NCBI GenBank assembly: GCA_964491475.1
Contig: CAZBFO010000002.1
Span: forward strand, 144,501-208,500
Source of the DNA: an uncultured Gammaproteobacteria bacterium
Lineage (GTDB): Bacteria; Patescibacteriota; Patescibacteriia; SG8-24
DNA: 64,000 bases
Direction: 5' to 3'
In this document: positions 24,726 through 36,100 of the stretch, one piece after another
Position numbering within the stretch: position 1 is the first letter of the stretch
Layout: each line of letters starts with the position of its first letter
The notes under the pieces: model-generated
Told to the model about the DNA's origin: nothing
Seen by the model: the letters and a program-made list of their open reading frames with translations, nothing else
Database searches by the model: none
Position numbers and translations under genes: made by a program

Positions 24726-25724
24726 TCAGCGCCGCTTCTTGCCCTTGGCCTGCGTCTCGGGCTTGGCCTGCTTCTCCTTGACCTTGTAGGTCGCGGGGAT
24801 GGTCAGGCTGGCCTTGCTCGAGGCCTGGGCGCTGGCGATGCGCTGCTGCTTCTTGGCGTCGGCTCGCGTGGCGTGATCGGCAGCGATCTTGGCGCGCACG
24901 TCCGCGAGCTCCTGCTTCTTCGCCTTGACGGCGTCGATGGCGGCGCGTCGGACATCGGCGCGGGTCTCGTTGCCTTCCTCGGGCGGAAGGGCCTTGAGGG
25001 CCTCTTCCATCTCCGCGATGGTCGTCTTGAGCGCCGCGGCCTGCTTTTCCAGGTCGCTGGGCTTGCCGGTGACCTTCGGAGCGTCGTGCTTCCGCTCGGC
25101 CGTGAGGCTGTTCGAGAAGCGCGGGCTGCCGTTGTGGCTGCCGGAGTTCCCCTGCGGACGACGGTTGCCCGTCTTCTGCCGGGGCTGCGTCGACCGCTTG
25201 ACCCGCGCGATGAAGTTCTTCACTTCCTCGGCGGCCTGGGCGATCATCTCCTCCGTCAGCATGGTGCCTTCCGGAGCGATCTGCCGGCGCTTGGCGGTAC
25301 CGAGCACGTCGTTGATCGCGCCCTCGATCTTCTGGATCTCGGACGGGTCCCAGCGGCGCATCTTCTTGTACATGTCCTCGGCCAGGACGAACGGCCTCTC
25401 GGACGCCTCGAGCTTGGCTTTGGCGACCAGCGCCGTCAGCAGCTCCGGACCCTTCGGCCGTTCCTCGCGGACCGGCTTGGGGTGTTCGGCGCGTTCGCGA
25501 TCGAGGAACGCGGAGAAGGCCTTGGCCTGCTCCGGATCCTTGATCTGCTTGAGCAGCGTGCCTTCGCCCCAGGGGAGCGCTCGCCGCACGGCGGCGGAGA
25601 TCGGTTCCTTGAAGCGTGCGACGTTCTTGTCGACGGCGCCGTCGAAGCAATCGACGGCCGTCTGGAGCGTGTGCTCGTGAGCGGCAGGCATGGACGTGGT
25701 GGAAGGAGCGGTATTCGTGGTCAT
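24726..25724 (-). CDS. hypothetical protein with basic Lys/Ala-rich C-terminus
   Basis: MTTNTAPST start. Coherent 333-aa ORF with no recognisable motif. Confidence 0.4.
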   Translation of the reverse strand: MTTNTAPSTTSMPAAHEHTLQTAVDCFDGAVDKNVARFKEPISAAVRRALPWGEGTLLKQIKDPEQAKAFSAFLDRERAEHPKPVREERPKGPELLTALVAKAKLEASERPFVLAEDMYKKMRRWDPSEIQKIEGAINDVLGTAKRRQIAPEGTMLTEEMIAQAAEEVKNFIARVKRSTQPRQKTGNRRPQGNSGSHNGSPRFSNSLTAERKHDAPKVTGKPSDLEKQAAALKTTIAEMEEALKALPPEEGNETRADVRRAAIDAVKAKKQELADVRAKIAADHATRADAKKQQRIASAQASSKASLTIPATYKVKEKQAKPETQAKGKKRR

Positions 25725-25919
25725 GACTTGTACCTCCGTGTCACTGTAGGAGAAAAAAGGTCGCCTAACGTGACCCGATAACATAGCATAAAAACGCTAT
25801 TTTGTCAACCTGCACCGTCAGTGCTACCAAGCCCGCTGCTGGGCGTCTTTTTTGGCTAAAGTCAGCTCAATCGCTACTTTCTAGTGCAGACCCGCATTTT
25901 GGCTTATGATTAGCGGCGT

Positions 25920-28055
25920 ATGGTGAGACTGGAAACGGCGGTTTCGGCCTTGGGGCCGGTGGCCAAGCGGCGCGCCGCGCTGCTGTCGGAACTGGGATTG
26001 GAAACGGTCCGGGACGTGCTTTTGCATTTCCCCAGCCGTCACGAAAATTTCCAGACAGGCACGCCGTTGGCCGAGATCGAGCCGGGAACGAACGTCTCCG
26101 TGATCGCGCAGGTGGTCCGTGCCAAGAGCAGGCCGCGGTTTGGCCGCCGGATGTCGATGTCAGAAGCGGTGCTGACGGACGGGACGGCTGAAATAAAAGC
26201 TGTCTGGTTCAATCAGCCGTATCGCGCCAAATCGCTCACGGAGGGAAAGTCGTTCCGGTTTTCGGGGAAGGTGACGCAATCAAGGTTCGGCCTGCAGCTG
26301 CAGAACCCGCAGGTGGAGGCGATTTCGGGGTTCGCGCCGTCGGCTCCGGGCGAAGGCGACGATCCGAAGGAGGGGGAAGTGCTTGGCGGCGCGGACTTGC
26401 TGCCGGTGTATCCGACCACCAACGGCGTCACGCAGCAGACGCTGCGTCTGATCGCGCGATTGGCACTGCCGGCAGTCGGACAGCTGTCCGATCCGTTGCC
26501 CGAGCACGTGCGCCGCACGTACTCGCTGCCGACGCTGCCCGACGCGGTGCGCTGGGCGCATTTTCCCGTCTCTGCCGAGGATGCCGCCAAGGCTCGCCGC
26601 CGGATCGGCTTCGACGAGATGCTGCGGATGCAGTTGTCCATCGGCAAGATGCGGCGGCTGCGTCAGGCGCGATCGGCTCCGATGATTGTCTTCGACGAGC
26701 CTGCTACCAAGTCGTTCGTGCGGTCATTGCCATTCGCGTTGACCGACGATCAGCGCAAGGCTGCTTGGCTGGCGCTCAAGGACATGACCACCGGTTTTCA
26801 GATGCACAGGCTTCTCGACGGCGACGTCGGGAGCGGTAAGACGGTCGTGTCGGCCATAGTGATGATGAACGTCGCTCGCGCCGACTATCAATCCGCGTTG
26901 ATGGCGCCGACCGAAATCCTGGCGGCGCAGCACTTCGCCACGCTGTCGCGTTTCTTCAGGAGGGAGCCGTTCACGGTGGCCATCTGGACGCAATCGTACA
27001 AGCGCGCCGTCCGTGGCGGCAAGGAGATCGTCTGCAAGACCAAGAAGGAAGTCGAGCGCCTGGGAAAGGAGATCGCCGACGGGGAAATCGCCGTCGTCGT
27101 GGGAACGCATGCGCTGGTGGAGGATGCGCTCAAGTTCAACGCGCTGGCGCTGGCGGTGGTGGACGAGCAGCACCGCTTCGGCGTGCGGCTGCGCAGCCTG
27201 TTGGTGGGGAAGAGCGGCATGAGGGGCGTGGAGCCGCACCTGCTCTCGATGACTGCTACGCCGATTCCGCGTTCGTTGGCGCTGGCGATGTTCGGCGATT
27301 TGGACCTGTCGCTGCTCAAGGAGAAGCCGAAAGGCCGCATCGACACCGAGACGCGCCTGGTGCTTCAGAAAGAGCGTGCCAAAGCGTACGAGAAAGTCCG
27401 GTCAGAAGTCGCGGCCGGCCGTCAGGCGTTCGTGGTCTGTCCGCTGATCGATCCGTCGGACGCGCTGGGCGCGGCTTCGGTCACCGAGGAATACGAGAAC
27501 CTGCGCAAGAGGGAACTCAAGGGCATTCCGATGGGCATGCTGCACGGCAAGCTGTCCGCAGAAGAGAAGGAGAAGGTGATGGCCGACTTTCTGGCGAGCA
27601 AGATCATGGTGCTGGTCTCCACTTCGGTGGTGGAGGTGGGCGTGGACGTGCCGAACGCCACCGTCATGTGCATCGAGGGTGCGGAGCGTTTCGGCCTGTC
27701 GCAGCTGCACCAGTTCCGCGGGCGCATCGGGCGCGGCGAACATCCGTCGTACTGCTTCCTGCTGCCGAGCAGCTTCTCGCCGAGCGTGAAGGAACGCATG
27801 TCGGCCGTGGTGCGCCACAAGGACGGCTTTTCGCTGGCCGAGAAGGACCTGCAGATGCGCGGTCCCGGCGACATGCTGGGAACGGCGCAGTCCGGTTTCC
27901 CAGAATTCCTGATGGCCGCGTTCGGCGACGCCATGCTGATTGCCGACGCCAAGGAGGCGGCCGAGGCATTGCTCGAAGAAGATCCGGAACTGGTGCGGCA
28001 CGAGGCCTTGCGGAAGGACCTGCGGGCCGCCGCGGAGCGCGTACATTTGGAATAA
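25920..28055 (+). CDS. recG: ATP-dependent DNA helicase RecG
   Basis: Wedge domain, Walker A GDVGSGKT, a DEQHRFGV box, and helicase C motifs. Confidence 0.9.
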   Translation: MVRLETAVSALGPVAKRRAALLSELGLETVRDVLLHFPSRHENFQTGTPLAEIEPGTNVSVIAQVVRAKSRPRFGRRMSMSEAVLTDGTAEIKAVWFNQPYRAKSLTEGKSFRFSGKVTQSRFGLQLQNPQVEAISGFAPSAPGEGDDPKEGEVLGGADLLPVYPTTNGVTQQTLRLIARLALPAVGQLSDPLPEHVRRTYSLPTLPDAVRWAHFPVSAEDAAKARRRIGFDEMLRMQLSIGKMRRLRQARSAPMIVFDEPATKSFVRSLPFALTDDQRKAAWLALKDMTTGFQMHRLLDGDVGSGKTVVSAIVMMNVARADYQSALMAPTEILAAQHFATLSRFFRREPFTVAIWTQSYKRAVRGGKEIVCKTKKEVERLGKEIADGEIAVVVGTHALVEDALKFNALALAVVDEQHRFGVRLRSLLVGKSGMRGVEPHLLSMTATPIPRSLALAMFGDLDLSLLKEKPKGRIDTETRLVLQKERAKAYEKVRSEVAAGRQAFVVCPLIDPSDALGAASVTEEYENLRKRELKGIPMGMLHGKLSAEEKEKVMADFLASKIMVLVSTSVVEVGVDVPNATVMCIEGAERFGLSQLHQFRGRIGRGEHPSYCFLLPSSFSPSVKERMSAVVRHKDGFSLAEKDLQMRGPGDMLGTAQSGFPEFLMAAFGDAMLIADAKEAAEALLEEDPELVRHEALRKDLRAAAERVHLE

Positions 28056-28194
28056 GCCCGACATCTGACGGCCTCGCCGGCCATGTTGACTTTTACCGGT
28101 CTTTTTGCGACTGTGCAGCCGTTCCGGGCACGTGCTCGGCAACCGTCCGCCGCATTGGCGGGCGAACGCACATTGCCAACAAAACGGAGCTCAA

Positions 28195-30120
28195 ATGCCA
28201 AACGACACGCTCTCAACGCTCACGAGCTACTGGTGGGTCATACCCGTCGTTCTCGTCCTGGTGCTTTCCATCGTCCTGTACCGGTTCGCATTGCGACTCT
28301 TCGGAATCGTGATCGTGCCCGACGACAGCATCGGCATCGTCACCAAGCGCTTCGTGATCTTCGGTTCGAACAAGCGGCTTCCCGACGGCGCCATCGTGGC
28401 GCTCAAGGGAGAAGCCGGCATTCAGGTCGATCCGCTCGCGCCGGGCCTCCACTTCTTCCTGTGGCCGTGGCAGTACGACATCGACCTCGAGAAGTTCGTC
28501 ACCGTCGACCAGAACACGGTCGGCGTGGTCGAAGCCCGAGACGGCGCCAAGCCGGAGACGGGACGCGTCCTCGGGCAGAGCGTCGGCTGCGACTCTTTCC
28601 AGGACGGAAGGAAGTTCCTGGAGAACGGCGGCCAGCGCGGACCGCAGATGGCGGTCATCACGCCGGGAACGTACCGCATCAACACGCGGCTGTTTCACGT
28701 GACGGCATACAAGGCCACCGAGATCGACGACAAGATGGTCGGCGTCATCACCACCAAGGACGGCATGGCGCTGTCGAAGGACGACATCGCCGGCAAGCCG
28801 ATCGAAGGCCACCGTTCGTTTCAGGACGGTGACGCCTTCATCGCCGGCGGCGGGTATCGCGGTCTGCAGGAGCAGGTGCTCCTGGCCGGCCGCTACTACC
28901 TCAACCCGCTCTTCGTCACGGTCGAGACGGTGCCGATGACGGTGGTGCCGATCGCCAGCGCCGGCGTCATGATCTCCTACGTCGGCGAGCCGGGCGTGGA
29001 CGTGACCGGCAAGGACTTCGAACACGGCAATCAGGTGAACAAGGGACAGAAGGGCGTCTGGGCCGACCCGCTCGACCCGGGCAAGTACCCCGTGAACCCG
29101 TTTACCCACAAGCTGGAGTGCGTCTCGACGGCCAACATCGTCCTGAACTGGGCCACCGGCAAGAACGAGTCGCACATGCTGGACGAGAAGCTCTCGACCA
29201 TCAAGCTCCGTTCTTCCGACGGCTTCGCGCTGACGATGGACGTGAGCGTCATCATCCACATCCCGCGCAACGACGCGCCGAAGGTGATCGCGAGATTCGG
29301 CAACCTCCAGAACCTGGTCACCCAGGTGCTCGAGCCCCTCATCTCCAACCACTTCCGCAACGCGGCGCAGCAGGCCGACGCCATCGAATTCCTCCGCAAC
29401 CGCACGCAGCGGCAGCTGGAGGCGAAGGAGACCATCAAGCAGGCGCTCGCCAAGTACAACGTCGTCGGCGTCGACACGCTCATCGGCGACATCAACCCGC
29501 CGGCCGAGCTGATGAAGACGCTCACCGACCGGAAGATCGCCGAGCAGGAGAAGGTCACCTTCGATACGCAGCGCGAGGCCGCCGAGCAGCGGCAGAAGCT
29601 CGAACAGGCCAACGCGCTGGCGGCCACGCAGTCGCGCGTCGTCGACGCCGAACGGAAGGTGGCCATCGCGGAGTACGACGCCCAGTCGGCGGTCAAGCGG
29701 GCCGAAGGCGAAGCCAAGGCCAAGACCATCAACGCGCAGGCCGACGCCGCGGTGCTCATTACCGTCGGCGAGGCCGAAGGCAAGAAGATCACGGCGGTGG
29801 GCGAGGCCGAGGCCGAGGTCATCCAGAAGAAGACCAACGCCATCGGCGCCGCCAACTACGCCCTGATCGAGACCGCGCGTTCCATCGCGCATTCCGGTCA
29901 GGCGCTGGTGCCGCAGATCGTGGTCAGCGGCGGCAAGGACGGACGCCAGGGAAGCCTGGTGGACGTGCTGGTCGCCAAGCTGGCCAAGGACGGGCTCGCG
30001 GAAGGCGCGCAGACGCCCTCTGCCAAGACGGCGCCGCCCCCTTCGAAGCCGTCCGGCGCATTGCCGTCGCCGAGCTCCGGCAGCGGCGACACGCAGCTGG
30101 GTAACGGCGCAAAATCTTAA
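28195..30120 (+). CDS. flotillin/SPFH (band-7) family protein
   Basis: N-terminal TM helix, an SPFH domain, then a long Ala/Glu/Lys coiled-coil region (EAAEQRQKLEQANALAA...). Confidence 0.8.
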   Translation: MPNDTLSTLTSYWWVIPVVLVLVLSIVLYRFALRLFGIVIVPDDSIGIVTKRFVIFGSNKRLPDGAIVALKGEAGIQVDPLAPGLHFFLWPWQYDIDLEKFVTVDQNTVGVVEARDGAKPETGRVLGQSVGCDSFQDGRKFLENGGQRGPQMAVITPGTYRINTRLFHVTAYKATEIDDKMVGVITTKDGMALSKDDIAGKPIEGHRSFQDGDAFIAGGGYRGLQEQVLLAGRYYLNPLFVTVETVPMTVVPIASAGVMISYVGEPGVDVTGKDFEHGNQVNKGQKGVWADPLDPGKYPVNPFTHKLECVSTANIVLNWATGKNESHMLDEKLSTIKLRSSDGFALTMDVSVIIHIPRNDAPKVIARFGNLQNLVTQVLEPLISNHFRNAAQQADAIEFLRNRTQRQLEAKETIKQALAKYNVVGVDTLIGDINPPAELMKTLTDRKIAEQEKVTFDTQREAAEQRQKLEQANALAATQSRVVDAERKVAIAEYDAQSAVKRAEGEAKAKTINAQADAAVLITVGEAEGKKITAVGEAEAEVIQKKTNAIGAANYALIETARSIAHSGQALVPQIVVSGGKDGRQGSLVDVLVAKLAKDGLAEGAQTPSAKTAPPPSKPSGALPSPSSGSGDTQLGNGAKS

Positions 30121-30125
30121 CCTAA

Positions 30126-30153
30126 AAGCACGGACGATCGTCCGTGCTTTTTT
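30126..30153. terminator. terminator with perfectly palindromic stem (cggacgatcgtccg)
   Basis: aagcacggacg-at-cgtccgtgc followed by tttttt. It sits between convergent genes. Confidence 0.8.
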
Positions 30154-33100
30154 CGTGTCATGCTCAGGCGATTTTTCTCACCGTTCCCGCCGGCGCCCCG
30201 ACGGGCGCAGGACTCATCGCCGCAATGGCGTCCTTGACGGTGCGGACGTCCGCGGTGCGTATGCCGGCGACGGGTTTCTTGGTTCCGGAGCGCGGAAAGC
30301 CGGCGATGGCCACGGTCATGCCGAGTGCGGCGGATTCTGCCAGGCGGCGATCATGCGCGGTGACCGGCCGCACTTCGCCGCCGAGCCCGAGCTCGCCCCA
30401 GGCAACCAAGTGGGAGGGGAGCGGTACGTGCTTGAAGGCCGATGCCAAAGCCAGAGCGACGGCCAGGTCCGCGGCCGGTTCTTTTATCTTGATGCCGCCG
30501 ACGACGTTCACGTACACGTCGTATTCGCCGAAGTCCAAGCCGGCGCGCCGGCCGAGCACGGCCAGCAGCATCTCCACGCGCGACTGGTCCACGCCGGAAC
30601 TCTTGCGTGACGGGTAGCCGAAGGAGGTGCGCTGCGCCAGCGCCTGGATTTCGACCAGCATCGGCCGCGACCCTTCCATGATGCAGCAGATGGCCGAACC
30701 GGGGACGCCTTCGAGTCGCGCGTCGAGCAGGTACGCCGACGGATTCTTGATCTCCGTCAGGCCCGCGTCGTTCATCTCGAAGATGCCGCTCTCGTCGGTG
30801 GAGCCGAAGCGGTTCTTGAGGGAGCGCAGCACCCGCAGCGGATGATCGCGCTCGCCCTCGAACGACAGCACCGTGTCGACCAGGTGTTCGAGCGTCTTGG
30901 GGCCGGCGACGTTGCCGTCCTTGGTGACGTGTCCGATGAGCAGCAGGGGAACGCCGGAGGATTTGGCCAGCGACACCAGGCGGGCGGCCGCCGCGCGCAC
31001 CTGCCCGACTGCGCCCGCTTCTGCGGGCACGTCGTCGCAGTGCAGCGTCTGTACCGAGTCGATGACCGCGAAGGCGGGCTGCTCGGAGAGCACCGTGGCA
31101 GAGAGCACCGCCACGTCGGTCTCGTTCAGGAAGAACAGGCCGTGCTGGTCGAGCCCCAAGCGGTCGGCGCGCATCTTCACCTGGCTGGCGGACTCTTCGC
31201 CCGAAACGTACAGCACCTTCTTGCCGGCGGCCGCCAAACGCGCGGCCAGCATGATGGAAAGCGTCGACTTGCCGATGCCCGGTTCGCCGCCGAGCAGGGT
31301 GATCGAACCCGGCACGATGCCGCCGCCGAACACGCGGTCGGCTTCGGTCATGCCGGTGGGAATGCGGCGCTCGCGCTCGGAGGCGAGGCCTTCGAAGGCG
31401 GAAACCTTGGCGGGCTTGGCCGTCGCCGCTGCGGCGCCGCCTGCTGCTCCGAACGACAAGCTGGCCTTCCTGGCCGGCACCGCCTCTGCGCTCATCGTGC
31501 CCCAGTGGCCGCATTGGAGGCACTGTCCGGTCCACTTCGGGCTCTGCGCGTCGCAATCCTTGCAGGTGTAGATGGTGGTGGGGGCTTTCATACTTCGGCA
31601 TTTTCGCACGAATGCATCGGTGCGGCAACGCGCTGCTTACGCCAACGAAAAAGCCGCGTCAAGTGACGCGGCTCGCGGGATCAGAGCAGGTCTCTTCGCC
31701 GTTTTTTGGTCCCGTGGCGCTTTTGGAAGAGCAGCACCTTGGCCTTTTTCTCTGCAGGCAGTCCGGCGCGCAACGCCGCGGAACGGTTGAGGCGCGCTTG
31801 CAGCACGCCTTCGTTCTGCAGGAGCGCGGCGGCGATCATCTCGTTGAACGGTTTGCCGCCGTGCTGACGGAGCAGGGCCAGGAGCGACAGCATGCTGCGG
31901 CTGTCGGCCAGCAGCAGGTTCAGGAAGCGCGGCGCGTTCGGGTTGGTCAAGTCCACGCTGCCGCAACGGCCGCAGGCCCAACCGATCCAATGGATGCGGT
32001 CGCCACCGTGCGTCGCGACCAGCGGCGTTTCGCCCAGCATTCGGATGGCGTGAGCGTCGCAGGTGGTGCAACGGCTGTTCGGGTGCAACCTGCTGACGCA
32101 GACGGCGTATTCCGCCTGCGGTGCCGTGGCCGTGATGGAAACGTCGGCGCTTTCGTGCCAGCGGAAGCCGAGCTTTTCCAGCTCGATCAGCCAGGCGGGC
32201 GGGTCAGGTTCGGACAGGGGAGCTGCCCGCGCAGTCTCGGCCTCGGGAACGGCTTCCGGCTCGGGATCCGGGACGCGCATGACGGGCGGCTTGCGGCGGC
32301 CAAAGTTGCGCAGCAGGCCCGCAATCGTCACCGCCATGAGAGCAGCGACGATGATGGCTGCTGCACCTAGCGATGCGTAAACGTAAACGGGCATTGCGGC
32401 TCCTTGGCAAGGGGAAAAGGACGACGGGGGACCGTACCAGAAGGCAGGCGCCGCGTCAAAGAGCCGACCTCCCGTACCGTCTACTTGGTGTGCGTGTTGT
32501 TTGGCGAAAGCAGGCAGTGATCCTGCATCACCTGGAGAAGCACGGGGACGTAGTTTTCCGCCGTCGCGTAGCCCCACGATTTTACGAACTTCGCGTAGCC
32601 GACCGGGTTTTTTGAATAATCCCTCCAATTTTTTCGGGTGACCACCTTGTTGTGCGCCTCGAAGGCGTCGTCCATGGAATTGAAGCGCTGAAAACAGGAG
32701 TAGAAGGGCACCTGACCCTTGCCGTCGTGCAGGTCCTCCTTGGTGGCCGCGCTGATGCAGTCGTCGGGGCAGGTGGGACGTTCGATGCCCTCGCCGCCGC
32801 GTTTGTCGCGGCCGCCGGAATAGCACTTGATGCCGAAACAGTTGTACTTGCCGATGCAGTTCTTCCCGAATCCGGACTCGACGCCGAACTGCGCCAGCGT
32901 CAGCGCGGCAGGCACGCCGGTCTTTTCCTGAAGCCGCACTGCGGCATCGCGCATCTCCTGCGTGACCGCCTTGTTCTTGCAGTCAGCCGTCTTGGGCACC
33001 GTCAAATCTTGAGGCTCCTTGTCGCTTTCGTTGAGCGCGGGAATCGGACCCATGCTCGAGGACATGAAAGCGGCGTTTTCGGGACCGGGGAAGTGCTCGA

Positions 33101-36100
33101 ACACCTTCTTTTCCACGTTCAGCACGGAGAGCACTGCCGGACTTACCAGTTCGGGATTGACCAGCCTCAAGATGGCGTTCGCTCCGGCAACCAGGACCAG
33201 GCCGACCAATGCATCGGTAATGCGCTTCTTGCCGGCCGTCACTCGGGCGGCATCGCCGCCGGCAGTGAGATACTGGAATCCGCCGATCATGCACATCACC
33301 GTTGCCAGCAGACCGGCGAATCCGAACGCATACTTGTAGACGCCGTTGACGTATTGCGCCAGCCAGGGGATGTCGATGTATTTCGTCGTTCCGTCCTGCC
33401 TCGAAGTGTATTTGGTGAAGTTGACGTCCGGGATGGGAATGGTCAGCGCCGGTCGGAAGGATTCGGTGGAGTCCGCCTTGTTGGAAGGGGTGGGCACGGG
33501 ATTGCCTTTCGAATCCTTGCCGGTCGCGGCCTCGATGGTGGTGTTGGTCGGGACTTCGGCGCGGGCAGGAAAAGCCTGCAGCAGCGTCGCTGATGCCGTC
33601 AAAAGGCCGAACGCGAAAAACGCAAACGTCGTCGCGCGCGCAGTTGATGAAGAGGGTCGGTGGAGAAGGCGTCGCATTCGGTGTCTAATTACGTTTATAC
33701 CGGCTGGTCACCGTCTTTCGGCGGCGAGAAATCATGGTGCCGAGGCCGGAGGATTGGTCTTGCACTTTTCGTAGTTCGAAATACGTTTGAGGATGATGGG
33801 GTTGTCAGGCGCGATCGTCCCGGCATAGCAGACGTAGCCCGCGGCGACGTTGGAACCGTTGGACGTCCTTCCCCAGCAGTTCTTGTAGTGGTCGACCATC
33901 GCTTCTGCCTGTTTCTGCGAGTCGAGCAGTTCGGGGATGGTATAGCAGGTTCTTCCGTTGATGCTGAAGCCCCTGCCCATGCTTTCCTTTCCCGCGCAGG
34001 GCGGGCTATTCGGGAAGATGGTCGATTGGCCTGATCCGAAACCGTGCGAGAAGCGCCAGTCCAGCCCGTAGTCCGGCGGTTTCGTCACGTCGAAGGTTCC
34101 GATGTCGTCGTTGACTGACGGTCCCTGCTTTTGGCAGCTTTTGTCGTTGCAACCGGCCGCGGGGAACGTGGCGCCCGAATACATTTTTCCGCTGTTGATG
34201 AACTGTCGTCGAGCTCCGACGCTGAAGACGTCCGTTGCGGCGTTCTCATCGTGACCGAGCGCATCTTGCCTTCCGCCGGATTCCTCCTGCATGGACGCGT
34301 AAATGAAGCAGGCGAAGTCGTCGCCTGGAATTTTTTCGCGAGCCACCTTCATGGCCAGCCCGATCATTTTGCCCGAGGGAAGTGCCGCATGTCCGGTGGC
34401 GGCGATCATGTTCTGGGCGGAAATCCTTTCGAACTGCTTGGGTGGTACGGTTTGCACCCTTAGGACCGTAAGGGACACGAGCCCGCTGTTCACCGTGCGG
34501 AGCAGCGCGTTGGCACCGAGCAAGAGCAGCAGGCCGACCAGGGCGTCCGTGATCCGCTTCTTGCCCGCGTCGACACGTCCCTTGTCGCCGCCGGCGGTCA
34601 GGTATTGGAATCCGCCGACCATGAACATCACCGCTGCCACTATTGAGGCGATGGTGACGGCATAACGGTAGGCGGCGTTGACGTATTCCGCCAGCCAAGG
34701 CACGTCAATGTATCCCGTATCAGATTTTGCCTTGATTGTGGAAAAGGTGAGACCGGGGACGGGGATGCTGATGGGCGGTCGGAAAGATTCGGTGGAGCTG
34801 GAGGGGTTTGACGGTTCAGGCACGGTCGTTTGCGGGGCTGGAGCGCTGGGAGCGGGACTCAACCACTCGGCGCGAGCGGCGGGGGCGGTCAGCAGGAGCG
34901 ATGTCGCGACGAGCAGCGCTTGCGTTACCAGGAAAAGACGGACGGTCAAGAGGGGGCGCCTTGCCGCGCCTCGCGTGTTTTCACGGTGTCCGTCGCGGTT
35001 CGCTTTCGTCATAGGCGGTCGATGTCATCGTGTTGCTTTTTCTGGCCGTCCGTTTGATGCCGATCCTTCAAGGAATCTTGCACGGCCTGGACGTGGCAGC
35101 TTCTTCGGCCCTGCATTTGTAGTAGCGGGGATCCCAAAAGTTCACGGCAGGCGAGGGAACGGTAAGAGTGACCTGTCGCGCTTCGCCGCCCTTCTTGAGG
35201 ATATCCGCGATGTCCGCCACCGGCGTCGACGCGCTGCCGCCGTTAAGCATGATGTCGACGAAGGAACTGGGGCAATTCAGGAGGGCGCAGCGCTGGCTCG
35301 TGTCCGGGGCAGAACCGTTGGTGTAGTTGACGATGAAAGTCTTGCAGACGAGCGTGTTGTTGAAGCCGGCACCGCAGTCGCCGTCGCTCGAGCATTTGGC
35401 CGGCGGATTCAGCTTGCCGGCCGGCCCTTCGCCATGGGTGGTGGCACCGGGAAGGATGGCATTCAGTGCGGCCCTGCGGTCCTCGGCGTACAAAGGCGGC
35501 ACCGAGTAATAAAATACGGCGAACGAGAACGTGGCAGAGGCAAACCGGATGCCCCATCTGAAAAAAATTTCCATTCGCGCATTCGCGTGAGTCGACATAG
35601 CTATCTGCAATCGTTTTTTAGCAGGTCACCGCCCAAGAAAAAGCAATGGCTTCCTCCCACGCTTTCCCGATTTCCTGACGGATGGTCGAGCTGTATCTCG
35701 TAGTGCCATGTCTCCACGCAGAGCCGTACCCATCCGTGCTGTTCCATGAAAGCCGGGACGTAGACCTTGTCCTTCATCTTGCAGACCGATCCGTCTATTT
35801 TCATGTCCATCGCGCGGCCCGAGGCATGGCCCGTCGCGCAGCAGCTGTTCGACGGCGCGGGAACGCCGGCATAGCGATTGCCGCAGGCCGCCGTGATTTC
35901 CGCGTATCGGCCGAACTGGCCCTCTTGGGTTCTGGTCGTATCGGAGATTTCCATGACGGAGCCGCGTTCCGCGACCGCCTGCGAAAGTTCTACGAGATTC
36001 TGGGACAAGGCGGAATTGATCAGGAGGCTGGTTTTTCCGCCCTTGAACGCACTGAGATTTATGCCGGGAATTTTATCGATGCGCATGAAATCCCGCGTAC

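Noticed and set aside
25785-25919. Short GC hairpin plus T-tract (gccc-gctgct-gggc, then gtctttttt) between divergent gene starts, a possible sRNA terminator
   Set aside because: It has only a 4-bp stem and sits between two divergent promoters. That is too weak to call.
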